64,000 nucleotides of DNA from the NCBI GenBank assembly GCA_023254095.1, contig JALNLM010000002.1:32001-96000 (forward strand), written 5' to 3'. Below the pieces are notes generated by a model. It made no database searches. It had not been told where the DNA came from and worked only from the letters and a program-made list of their open reading frames with translations. A program made the position numbers and the translations under genes. The stretch comes from Candidatus Geocrenenecus huangii. GTDB lineage: Archaea > Thermoproteota > Nitrososphaeria_A > Caldarchaeales > Wolframiiraptoraceae. This document shows, piece after piece, positions 10,442 to 19,941 of this stretch (position 1 is the first letter of the stretch; each line of letters starts with the position of its first letter).

Positions 10442-11728
10442 ATGAAGAGCGGATATGTAATGAAGGTTTTCGTCTTTGAAGATAATGCCTACGTGAATCT
10501 TCTCCCGATAACCTATACCAGAGCATCATTTGAAGTCAGGGTAGGGTCTAGAACATTTTTGGAAAATATCGTTGAGAAACTAAGACCTGAGGAGACAATA
10601 GTTTCAGCGAGAAAATATCTTGAACCAGTAATAAAAGAAAGATACCCTTACGTCTCTTTAGATAGGGAACTCTCAGAAGATGTATTGATTGTTAACGGGC
10701 TCCTCTATATTGGTGGAAAAGAGTTAGAGTTAATAAAAAACCTACTTACCGAGGGGGTAGACAAGGCTTTAATTAAAGATGGGAGGTTGGTTGTCGCCAA
10801 GTTATCTGAAAGAAATCTACGAAAGATAAGACAAGAATTATTTCAGGATATTGAATTACTGAAGAGATATATGAAAGCCGAGTTCGTTGAAGATGCTAGA
10901 CTAATAACTTATCCTTGGGAGCTCATTAATTATTTTCCCGAGATATTGAGAGAAGAATTATCCAAATACGAAAATGAGCATTCAGCCATTCCAAGTGGAG
11001 TATATGTTAGGGGTGATGAGAAGAATATTTACGTAGAAGATGGCTCAGTTATCGAGCCGGGCTCCATCATAGACGTTAGGAATGGCCCAGTCTACATCGG
11101 GAGAAATGTTGAGGTTGAGTCACCTTCAAGAATCATCGGGCCATCATATATTGGTGATAGCAGCATGGTCTTCGCTGCAAGGATTGAAACATCCATAATT
11201 GGTGAAGAATGTAGAATTGGGGGAGAAGTAGCCTACTCGGTAATCCATAAATATTCTAACAAGAGGCATTTCGGTTTTCTCGGTCACTCATATGTAGGTG
11301 AATGGGTTAATCTTGGAGCAGGATTCACGAATAGCAATCTTAAGAATACGTATGGAGAAATAAGAATGAATATAGGTGGCCGAAATATCAATACCGGGAG
11401 AACCTTTCTCGGATGCATTATAGGAGACCACGTTAGAGCAAGCATCGGCGCATTAGTCTATACAGCTAAGAGGATAGGTGTTGGATCACAGATACACGGG
11501 GTCATATTTGAGGATATACCATCATTTACTTTTTACGCAAAAAGCCTTGGATTAGAATTAATTGAACTAGATATAGAAAAGGTATTGAAGTCGGTGGAAA
11601 GAATGATGGCTAGAAGAAGGATTTCTCTAAGACCTGTAGAAGAGAAATTGCTAAGAAGAATCTATGAAGATACCGCTGCTGAAAGAAGTCTAGCTGGAGC
11701 AAAGAAGAAAGAAATAGATTTTAAGTAG
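10442..11728 (+). CDS. GlmU-related putative sugar nucleotidyltransferase/acyltransferase
   Basis: NLLPITYTR N-terminus, LbH repeats, NKRHFGFLGHSYVGEWVNLGAG..NSNLKN. Confidence 0.8.
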   Translation: MKSGYVMKVFVFEDNAYVNLLPITYTRASFEVRVGSRTFLENIVEKLRPEETIVSARKYLEPVIKERYPYVSLDRELSEDVLIVNGLLYIGGKELELIKNLLTEGVDKALIKDGRLVVAKLSERNLRKIRQELFQDIELLKRYMKAEFVEDARLITYPWELINYFPEILREELSKYENEHSAIPSGVYVRGDEKNIYVEDGSVIEPGSIIDVRNGPVYIGRNVEVESPSRIIGPSYIGDSSMVFAARIETSIIGEECRIGGEVAYSVIHKYSNKRHFGFLGHSYVGEWVNLGAGFTNSNLKNTYGEIRMNIGGRNINTGRTFLGCIIGDHVRASIGALVYTAKRIGVGSQIHGVIFEDIPSFTFYAKSLGLELIELDIEKVLKSVERMMARRRISLRPVEEKLLRRIYEDTAAERSLAGAKKKEIDFK

Positions 11729-11784
11729 AGGTTAATTATCATGATGAAAATATATTACCCTCCAGCAATATTGTAATAACGGAT

Positions 11785-12237
11785 ATGAAGTCTCTGCATG
11801 ATGAGAAAGACTTGGAGATTTTAAGAATACTTCAGGAGAACGGGAGAGCATCTTATTCTGAAATAGCTAAGAAGCTGGGATTAAGCGAGGCCGCGGTATA
11901 TACCAGGATCCAGAAATTGATAAAGCAAGGATTCATAAAAAAGATTCAAGCTATTGTAGATTCTGAAAAACTCGGATACAATCTTACAGCAATAGTAGCG
12001 GTAAAAGCTCAACCAAGCAAGTACGATTCTCTCTTACAGGAATTGTCCAATGTCCCCGAGATCGTGGAAATATACGATGTCACCGGGGACTATTATTGTT
12101 TACTGAAATTAAGGTTGCCGAACAGGGAAATATTAGCGAAGATACTTGATAAGATAGGTTCATTGGAGGGTGTTATATCAACCGATACAAGAATTGTTCT
12201 AAGAACAATAAAAGAATCCTATAGCCTACCATTATAG
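11785..12237 (+). CDS. Lrp/AsnC family transcriptional regulator
   Basis: DLEILRILQENGRASYSEIAKKLGLS HTH; YDVTGDY RAM domain. Confidence 0.93.
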   Translation: MKSLHDEKDLEILRILQENGRASYSEIAKKLGLSEAAVYTRIQKLIKQGFIKKIQAIVDSEKLGYNLTAIVAVKAQPSKYDSLLQELSNVPEIVEIYDVTGDYYCLLKLRLPNREILAKILDKIGSLEGVISTDTRIVLRTIKESYSLPL

Positions 12238-12241
12238 ATGC

Positions 12242-13054
12242 TTATATTAGACTAGAATTCAATAAGCATCTATAGAGCTCAAGTAGGTTGTCTACTATAT
12301 GATCAGGTTTAATCTGGGAGGATGCTTCCTCGACAGTATCCTTCGATGTTGCTCCGGAAAGGACTAGGGCTGTGCCAGATCCAATAATCTTGCCTGCAAG
12401 AATATCCGTATCTAGCCTATCCCCAACGACTAAGACCTCACTCGGATTGAAGCCAACCTTTTGTAAAGCTATCTCCATTATTATTCTAGAAGGTTTACCG
12501 ATAACGATAGGGTCTTTCCCAACGGCTTTTGAGATAGCGGCAACTATTGATCCTGCGCCCGGCTCAAAACCTTCATCGGATGGAATAGTTGGATCCGTAT
12601 TCGTAGCTAGAAATCTTGAACCACTCATTATTGCCTTGTAAGCGGCTCTCAGCTTCACGTAATTGAACTTCCTATCTATACCGACTACAACATAGTTAGC
12701 TTTCCACCATTCGTTTATTTTTATGATGGTATGCTTCATCCTCTTGCAATATTCCTTGAATCCTTTCTCCGTTATAGGCAACACGTTACTTGGACCTGAC
12801 TCTCTAAGTATGTATAGTGAAGTCGCCTCACCTGAGGTCAATATCTCTTCAGGTCTAGCTTCAATGCTGAGACCCCTTAGCTTCCTGGAGTAGCCTTCGG
12901 AGGTTAGAGACGAATTATTGGTGATGAACAGGATCTGGAGATTTTTCTCCCTAAATTTCTCTAAAGCCTCGTTAGCTCCGGATATTAGCTTGTTTCCCCG
13001 ATATACACATCCATCCAAATCAAGGAAAAGGCATTTGTACTTTTTCATAATCAT
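12242..13054 (-). CDS. HAD-IIA (NagD-like) phosphatase
   Basis: DLDGCVY, TNNS, ATNTD, GKPS, VGDRLDTDI. Confidence 0.92.
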   Translation of the reverse strand: MIMKKYKCLFLDLDGCVYRGNKLISGANEALEKFREKNLQILFITNNSSLTSEGYSRKLRGLSIEARPEEILTSGEATSLYILRESGPSNVLPITEKGFKEYCKRMKHTIIKINEWWKANYVVVGIDRKFNYVKLRAAYKAIMSGSRFLATNTDPTIPSDEGFEPGAGSIVAAISKAVGKDPIVIGKPSRIIMEIALQKVGFNPSEVLVVGDRLDTDILAGKIIGSGTALVLSGATSKDTVEEASSQIKPDHIVDNLLELYRCLLNSSLI

Positions 13055-13376
13055 ATATCAGAAAGAAATACTCTCTTAAATATTTGATTTACTGCTTGTA
13101 ATGGGAGTTCTAATCTGATGAAGATTTTTCCCGTTGTATGAATATAATATTCGGAGCCAAATTATTTCTAGGTTTCTAAGTAATAGTTTTTTATCGATTT
13201 TCCTCGAAACAATATTAACTAAAATTAACTATCAAGTACTTTCCTTCGTACATACATGAAGATTTAATATAATTGTTTGATACTTCTTCAGAAATCATAC
13301 TCGCTATCCAAACCTTAAATTTAATTATCCTTCTCTTCAAAAAATGGTTGGTAGAAGATAACGTTTTCGAATCGTC

Positions 13377-15137
13377 TTAGCTTCTTACTGCACTCTTTCC
13401 AGCGAGGTATCCGAAAGTCACGGCTCTACTATGGCTAAGACCTGGAATTACAACAAGCGAATAATATTGGGCATAGAAGCCTCCTGCAGCATTCCCTGCA
13501 GCATATAATCCTGGGATGGGTTTACCCTCTTTATCCAGAACTTGTAGCCCTTTATTTACTTTTAATCCTCCGCCAACCATGTTTAGGAGTACTGCTATAC
13601 CTTGAATAGCATAAAATGGAGGATTCTCAATAGGTGCCATGTATCTAGATGGTTTACCGAAATCTTCATCAACTCCTTTCTTACATAACTCGTTATATCT
13701 TTCAATCGTCTTCTTGAAGGTTTCTATAGGAACTCCCATCTTCTCTGCAAGTTCTTCTATCGTGTTAGCCGTTACTGCTGCTCCATTATTCAATGCACCC
13801 TGTAGAAACTCTTTACCCAGCTCTGGATCAGTTATTCTTCGATAACCACCACCATGTTTAGTAACTTGCTCCTCCCACTTAGAGTCGAATATCGCCCAAT
13901 ACATAGCTTTAGGTTGTTGTAAAACTCTGTTAATAGTCCACATCCACGGAAGCGCCTCATTTGTGAATCGCTCTCCTAAAGTGTTTACGAATAAGAAGGG
14001 GTTGCATATAAGCATGTATCCTTTACCGGGACCTAAACCGGCAAGTGAACTTATAGCGAATCCTACGTCACCCCCAGTCATTATGTAACAGAGTGGGCAG
14101 TGTGGTGGTTCATCTAGGGCAGCGCCTATCCATAAGCCCATTAACTGTCCGTCTCCCGTATTAGTTGGAGTAATCATTGGGTAGATTATTCTATTGGGTA
14201 TATCTGCTAATCTTGCGACTTCAGGTGGAGCCCAAAGCTTCAGGAGGTCCTTATTTGACGAATAGTCTCCTGTACAGAGAATCACTGCCTTATTTGAAGT
14301 AAATTTTATGTATCTACCGTTAGCGTCTTGCGCGACAACCCCCGTAACCTTACCGTTCTCTCGGATAAGTTGAACAGCCCTAGTATTGTAATAGAATTTT
14401 GCTCCTTTATCTTTAGCTAGTTTCTCCAATACTGGTGCGAGCTGAGCTACACCGTCAAAATCTGTTTCATCACTGAATTTATAGGTTGGCCTAGGCCATT
14501 CTCTCCATTCATCCTCGAGATATGTTTTAGGCTTTAGTACTTGAGCTGGAATACCATTTGCTCTCGCAAGGTCAGCGATAAAGTCTGCGATTCTTGAGGA
14601 ATTAGCTAACCACAACCTAACAAGCGATTCATCAACTTTATTGCCTGAGATTACATCGATCTGCTCACGGATGGCTTTCTCGTAGTCTACAGATATTCCC
14701 GCCTCTTTGAAGAGCTTGCCGGCTGGACCAGGATTTATGTGGGCTCCTCTGACATTGGGTCCTTTGTGCTTTTCTATAACAACAGTATTAGCTCCTTCTT
14801 CAGCGGCCGAGTATGCGGCCATCAGTCCAGCTAGACCAGCACCAACGACTACGATGTCGGCAGTAATTTTTTCAGCTATTTTTTCATCAGGTATTGGCAG
14901 TGGAGGAGTAAGTATTGCAGGTTCACCTGCAACTGTAACTGTTGATGTTTGAGTTACAGTAGTTGGTTTAGTAACCGTTGTTGTCTCAACTTTTGTCTCT
15001 GTTATCTTTATTTCTTTCGGAAATACTTGGCTACCAATTATTCCACCAACGACAAGTCCTGCAACGCCCGTTGCAGTCGCGGATAAGAAACTCCTACGTG
15101 AGACTTTTGCACCTTTTTCGGGAGCTTGTGCACTCAT
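13377..15137 (-). CDS. Tat-exported FAD-dependent oxidoreductase, flavocytochrome c/fumarate reductase flavoprotein superfamily (paralog 1)
   Basis: SRRSFL twin-arginine motif plus hydrophobic helix, Thr-rich linker, VVVGAGLAG FAD motif, LCTGDY, NTGDG, GERFTNE, PIPGLYAAGN. Confidence 0.88.
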   Translation of the reverse strand: MSAQAPEKGAKVSRRSFLSATATGVAGLVVGGIIGSQVFPKEIKITETKVETTTVTKPTTVTQTSTVTVAGEPAILTPPLPIPDEKIAEKITADIVVVGAGLAGLMAAYSAAEEGANTVVIEKHKGPNVRGAHINPGPAGKLFKEAGISVDYEKAIREQIDVISGNKVDESLVRLWLANSSRIADFIADLARANGIPAQVLKPKTYLEDEWREWPRPTYKFSDETDFDGVAQLAPVLEKLAKDKGAKFYYNTRAVQLIRENGKVTGVVAQDANGRYIKFTSNKAVILCTGDYSSNKDLLKLWAPPEVARLADIPNRIIYPMITPTNTGDGQLMGLWIGAALDEPPHCPLCYIMTGGDVGFAISSLAGLGPGKGYMLICNPFLFVNTLGERFTNEALPWMWTINRVLQQPKAMYWAIFDSKWEEQVTKHGGGYRRITDPELGKEFLQGALNNGAAVTANTIEELAEKMGVPIETFKKTIERYNELCKKGVDEDFGKPSRYMAPIENPPFYAIQGIAVLLNMVGGGLKVNKGLQVLDKEGKPIPGLYAAGNAAGGFYAQYYSLVVIPGLSHSRAVTFGYLAGKSAVRS

Positions 15138-15422
15138 ATGGAGAAATTCTTCTCAGCTCAATTTAAGATTTCTGAGACATTAGGTAAATTATATAAATAC
15201 AAAAAGAAACTTCTAAGTATATTCCATATATAACATATCAGCAGAGGAGAGACTGTTCTCATCGTGACAAAAAAAGTAAAGGTAGTTTCTCTGGCTGGCT
15301 AAAGCACTTACCTAAACTGCAGGGAAATCAATAGCCCGCTTGTAGGATGATCCTTCGGATTAACGTACTAAATGAAAGGTAGCAGATACTAATTGTAGAA
15401 TTTTATGGGATCTATGCCTCGG

Positions 15423-17213
15423 TTATTTTTCTCTTGAAGCGTTTTTTCCCGCTATGTATCCTGTCGTCCAAGCCATACTATGACTTAGCCCTGGACATAT
15501 AAGTGGATAATCTAATCCAAACCTTCTTCCAACGAGGTTTCCGGTAACATATAAGCCGGGTATCGCTTTTCCATCTTTATCCACCGGTTGTAGGTTTTCA
15601 TTTGTGATTAGCCCGCCCATTGTAACTAGGAATGCTGCTTGAGGAGGGTTCCAGTTTGCGTAAAAAGGCTTCGTGTCCACGGGAAACAAGTAATCCGATC
15701 TCTTACCGAAATCCTCGTCTACTCCTTTCCTACATAGTTCATTGTATCTTTCGACTGTTTTCTTGAATATTGCAACGTCTAATTCCGGAGTAATTCCCCT
15801 CATTTTTTCTGCAAGTTCATCAATAGTATTTGCTTCTATTATCTGTCCTGACTCTATCTTCTCCTGGAATTCTTTCAATGTTATATCGTCGGCTTTCCAA
15901 ATTCTGAAAAATCCTGGCCCTAAGTTATATGTATACTTTGGCCAATTTGAATCGAAAACAACCCATATGCCTCCATTCCTCAAACATTGTATTGGAAATG
16001 CTAGAACATTCGAGATTAAGTCCTCGTTGGCGAATCTTTTACCAAATTTATCGATCATTAAAAATGGGGCGGTCCCCATTGCATGCCAAGCATGAACCAT
16101 TGCACAATGTGGTCTCGGCTCAATCTGTGCACCTATCCAATAGGCCATTAAATGCCCATCACCGGTAGGCGAGGGCAATCCAAAGATGCTTCTTAAGTCT
16201 GGTAACTTAGCAAATTCCTCAGGTAAGAAATACTCCACCATTGCTCGGTTACCTCCATAGTCCCCTGTTGAAAGTATTATGGCCCTTCTAGCCCTAAATC
16301 TTATGTATTTTCCATCTTTTGTCTGAGCTATTACTGCTTTAACCCCTCCATTGTCAGGTCTTTCAAGCCTTAATGCATTCGTCTCATACCTTATCTCTAC
16401 CCCCAGATCTCTTGCTTTCTTTTCCAGAATTGAGAGTAGTAAACCCTGATTCGCTGTTGGTGTATCCCCAAATCTATGACATGTTGGATATTCTATATAT
16501 GTCTGCTTTCTGTAGTCCCATCCAGGTGGAGCCTCAGTGGGAGGCCACTTATCAACCACGAAAGTGTATTTATCTGTTCTATCCGGAATAACCAGCCAAG
16601 TCTTCACGCCCTCCTTTTCACATATATCTATGAGCCAATCCATTACCTTGCCAGAATTATAAGCCCATAATCTGATTATTCTTTCGTCAGCTCTATAACC
16701 TGAAATTTCCATTAGCTTTTTAATGACTTCCTCAGGCTCAATATAAATGCCTAGTTGTTTATGTTTCTTGCTATTTAAAGCTGTGTTGTCGCCACCACGT
16801 GCAGAAAAAGTAGACTCACGTTCAAGCAAAACTACCTCTACTCCTTCCTCAGCAGCCGCGACTGCTGCAGCTAATCCAGATGTACCAGCACCGACTATTA
16901 CTACATCATATTCTAGAGTTTGCGCTATCTGTTCGTCTGGGATAGGTGGTGGAGGAATTAAGAAGATCGGTTCAGGCGATATAATTGTTGTAGTAGTTGA
17001 TACTTGAGTTAAAGTAGTGGGTTTGGTTATAGTACTTGTTTCAGTTTTCGTTTCTGTGGTTCTTACTTCTTTAGGGAAAGCTTGACTACCAATTATTCCC
17101 CCTAAGATTAAACCGATTATGCCTGAGGAGATTGATGCAACAACACTTCTCCTACTAATTTTACCAGTCTCTTCACTCATGATTTCAGAGACCTCAAACT
17201 TATTATCTGACAC
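15423..17213 (-). CDS. Tat-exported FAD-dependent oxidoreductase, flavocytochrome c superfamily (paralog 2); likely start ATG 17180
   Basis: SRRSVV motif plus hydrophobic helix, Thr-rich linker, VIVGAGTSG, LSTGDY, PTGDG, GKRFANE, VTMGGL, IPGLYVTGN. Confidence 0.88.
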   Translation of the reverse strand: MSDNKFEVSEIMSEETGKISRRSVVASISSGIIGLILGGIIGSQAFPKEVRTTETKTETSTITKPTTLTQVSTTTTIISPEPIFLIPPPPIPDEQIAQTLEYDVVIVGAGTSGLAAAVAAAEEGVEVVLLERESTFSARGGDNTALNSKKHKQLGIYIEPEEVIKKLMEISGYRADERIIRLWAYNSGKVMDWLIDICEKEGVKTWLVIPDRTDKYTFVVDKWPPTEAPPGWDYRKQTYIEYPTCHRFGDTPTANQGLLLSILEKKARDLGVEIRYETNALRLERPDNGGVKAVIAQTKDGKYIRFRARRAIILSTGDYGGNRAMVEYFLPEEFAKLPDLRSIFGLPSPTGDGHLMAYWIGAQIEPRPHCAMVHAWHAMGTAPFLMIDKFGKRFANEDLISNVLAFPIQCLRNGGIWVVFDSNWPKYTYNLGPGFFRIWKADDITLKEFQEKIESGQIIEANTIDELAEKMRGITPELDVAIFKKTVERYNELCRKGVDEDFGKRSDYLFPVDTKPFYANWNPPQAAFLVTMGGLITNENLQPVDKDGKAIPGLYVTGNLVGRRFGLDYPLICPGLSHSMAWTTGYIAGKNASREK

Positions 17214-17327
17214 TGGAAATTTTAGCGTTTGGTCAGTAGAATGTATACCCTTAATACTTAGGTTGTAAAGAATATCTATACTTAGGATGGATAAGGCTAA
17301 TATTTTAACGATAGATAAACCTCTCTG

Positions 17328-18782
17328 ATGTTTAGGAAGAATCTTGTCCAGCGATGGGATACTCTTGATAGAATTTCACACCTGATAAATTTATCCGGTA
17401 TACTTATAGCAATAATTTCTGGTCTTCCTCAATTAAATCTTACTTTATTCGGATTTAATTTAGGAGCACAGTTCAGATGGATAACAGACGTAATCGGTGG
17501 AGAGGGAGTACGACGAATACTACACAGGTACGTCGTTACAGGCTTAATTAGCTTAGCATTTACAGTTCACGTTTTCGGGTTTGGTTTGAAGAAGAAAAAA
17601 TCTCATATATTATTCACATTCAGAGATTTAAAGGACCTCGTAGCGTATTACGGACATAAATTCTTTAGGAAGGCTAAGCCTGTTCTCGGGTTTCATGTCC
17701 CTGGAGAGAAGCTGCTGTATTGGGTTGCACTAATATGCCTATTCATTCTCGGCTCTACGGGTATAATAATGTGGACAAGGTTTCTCTATATTGACTACAA
17801 CTTGCTTAGACTATTTCACAGGATTGCTTCTATTATCTTGTCGTTATTTGTCTTGGTACATTTCATATTGAACATAATCTTGCCAGAACAGCGTTCAGCA
17901 ATGAGAGCTATGTTCATTAACGGTAAAGTGCCAGAAGAATGGGTTAAACAGCACCATCCGAAAATGTTCGAGGAGGAAGAGCAAACATTGTTGACAAGAC
18001 GTAGAATGATAAAGACGTTTCTCTGGCTTATCCCTGCAATAGGTTTTTCCTATCTCTTTTCAGAATTACTACAAAAACCACAATGTCGGATAGGAGATAT
18101 AATAGTAGAACCCCCTAAAGTCATGGTTGGTAAACCATTCGTAATATCTGTGGAAGTAACGAATATGGGTTACAGGGAAAGCTCATTTCCAATTCAATTA
18201 TCAGTAGATGGTAAGATAGTAGCAGAGAAAAATATTGCTCTACTCGATGGTGAAACAAATCTGATCAATTTCAAGACAACCATCAACGAAATAGGCCGAC
18301 ATACAATAGAAGTAAATGGTGTCTCAAAGATGATCGAAGTAGTAGAGGCGCCTCCACCAATCGAGAAAGAGTTAGCAGATAAATTCAAAGAACTATTTCC
18401 AACAGCATACGATTTTGTCCCGGTTGTGAAAGACGGCAAAATAGTATATTATGAAATATATGATGCTGAAGGAATGCTAATAGGCTATGGTTTCCATGAA
18501 AGAGTATACGCTCCAACGGATAGACTTACCGTGACAGGAATTATTGACCTAGATTACAAGGTCAGGATGATAGATGTCGAGAAATTAAAACCGGACATTC
18601 ATGTTCTGAATGATAAGATATTAGATCCCGATTTTGAAAATCAATTTATAGGTTTAACCATTGAGGAAATGAGGTTGTCTCCTGAAGGAAAGATCGACGC
18701 AGTTTCTGGAGCAACGATATCATCGACTCTGATAGTAGAAACTATAAGAAAAATACTTGAAGAAGTTCAATCGCCTTCGTAA
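17328..18782 (+). CDS. Di-heme cytochrome b (FdnI/hydrogenase cytochrome b type) fused to a CARDB/Ig-like domain and a C-terminal FMN-binding domain
   Basis: Four TM helices with His ligands (RISH, RILH, RLFH, VLVH), fifth helix preceded by TRRRMIK, beta-rich VEVTNMG domain, DAVSGATISS flavinylation motif. Confidence 0.82.
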   Translation: MFRKNLVQRWDTLDRISHLINLSGILIAIISGLPQLNLTLFGFNLGAQFRWITDVIGGEGVRRILHRYVVTGLISLAFTVHVFGFGLKKKKSHILFTFRDLKDLVAYYGHKFFRKAKPVLGFHVPGEKLLYWVALICLFILGSTGIIMWTRFLYIDYNLLRLFHRIASIILSLFVLVHFILNIILPEQRSAMRAMFINGKVPEEWVKQHHPKMFEEEEQTLLTRRRMIKTFLWLIPAIGFSYLFSELLQKPQCRIGDIIVEPPKVMVGKPFVISVEVTNMGYRESSFPIQLSVDGKIVAEKNIALLDGETNLINFKTTINEIGRHTIEVNGVSKMIEVVEAPPPIEKELADKFKELFPTAYDFVPVVKDGKIVYYEIYDAEGMLIGYGFHERVYAPTDRLTVTGIIDLDYKVRMIDVEKLKPDIHVLNDKILDPDFENQFIGLTIEEMRLSPEGKIDAVSGATISSTLIVETIRKILEEVQSPS

Positions 18783-19672
18783 ATTCGAAAATTTCTAGTT
18801 TTTATTATGTCTCTATTATTTGTGATTATCATTGCCTCCGCTTCTCCTAATTCTTCAATGAGGTGAATGCTCTCAGATGGATTCATGGCGCATAAGCTGG
18901 TGGCGAGAGCATCAGCTATTAAGGCTCTCTCCGTAATTACTGTGGCGCTAACCACCTGACTACTCAGTGAATTCTTTAGGTAAGGATTTAAAATATGAGA
19001 AAAGTTCCCACTCCCTATTCTACGTTCATAGTTTCCACTTGTTGCTACAGAAGAACTATATATCATTAACTTACAGATACTCTTATCTTTCTCAAATGGA
19101 TTTCTAATAGCTATCCTCCAGGGTTCTCCATCTGTTTTCTCACCTACTGCTTTCAGGTCTCCTCCGGCATTAATCAACGCGTGCTTAACTCCATGTTTTA
19201 TTAAATATTCCGATGCCAAATCAACGGCATATCCTTTAGCTACGCTATTTAAGACGATCTTCATGCCTTTCTTTAAGAATCTTATGCTCTTCCCACTGAT
19301 CTCGATGAGTGAATAATCGACTAACTCTAGAATTCTTTCTAATTCTTCCTCATCCAGTTCTCCACGTTTTCTAACGATGTATTCTATTAATGGTAGTATA
19401 GTTACATCGTATACTCCTCTAGTTAATTTGCTTATCCTGATAGCCTCTTTCAAGATATAGATTAATTCATCACTTGCGTGTTCTAGGAATCCTTCCTTAT
19501 TTAATTTGTTAACTTCACTTTCTTCATCATATATGCTCATAATTCTTTCTATACGCTTTAATTCGCTAAATGCTTCATCTATTATCCTTTTAGCATATCC
19601 TATATCTTCGTGAACTAAGGTTATTGTAACGATGGTGCCCATTGAAAACGTAGACTTTCTGATGCTGAACAT
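18767..19672 (-). CDS. apbE: FAD:protein FMN transferase (ApbE), no signal peptide
   Basis: MGT N-terminal strand, AKGYAVD, NAGGD, VATSGNYER, HILNP, ADALAT. Confidence 0.93.
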   Translation of the reverse strand: MFSIRKSTFSMGTIVTITLVHEDIGYAKRIIDEAFSELKRIERIMSIYDEESEVNKLNKEGFLEHASDELIYILKEAIRISKLTRGVYDVTILPLIEYIVRKRGELDEEELERILELVDYSLIEISGKSIRFLKKGMKIVLNSVAKGYAVDLASEYLIKHGVKHALINAGGDLKAVGEKTDGEPWRIAIRNPFEKDKSICKLMIYSSSVATSGNYERRIGSGNFSHILNPYLKNSLSSQVVSATVITERALIADALATSLCAMNPSESIHLIEELGEAEAMIITNNRDIIKTRNFRIYEGD

Positions 19673-19941
19673 ACTCTAACCTTTATTATAGGGGAAGCGA
19701 CACTTTAAAAATTGATCGATAAAATAGTTCGTAAAATACACAAAAGTGAAGGTTTCTAGCGATCTACATCTGCCACTGTGAAGATATGCTCCTTATTTAT
19801 GGTTTTTCGAGAAAGAATAATGGGTGGAAAAGAGGCGTGATTGAAGAAGGTGCTTATTATTTAAGTTTAACAAGTAAAGGCTTATAATATAGCTGAAAAA
19901 CTATTTTCTCTAGAAAGTATATAGTGTGAGGGTGATGTGAT

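Noticed and set aside
13377-17213. Annotation as fumarate reductase/succinate dehydrogenase flavoprotein
   Set aside because: Catalytic His/Arg motifs are replaced, and there is no SdhB Fe-S partner or C-terminal SdhA helical domain
19786-19887. 33-aa ORF ending YLSLTSKGL that resembles a winged-helix remnant
   Set aside because: Very short and coincides with the probable BRE/TATA promoter of the thermosome gene; likely chance
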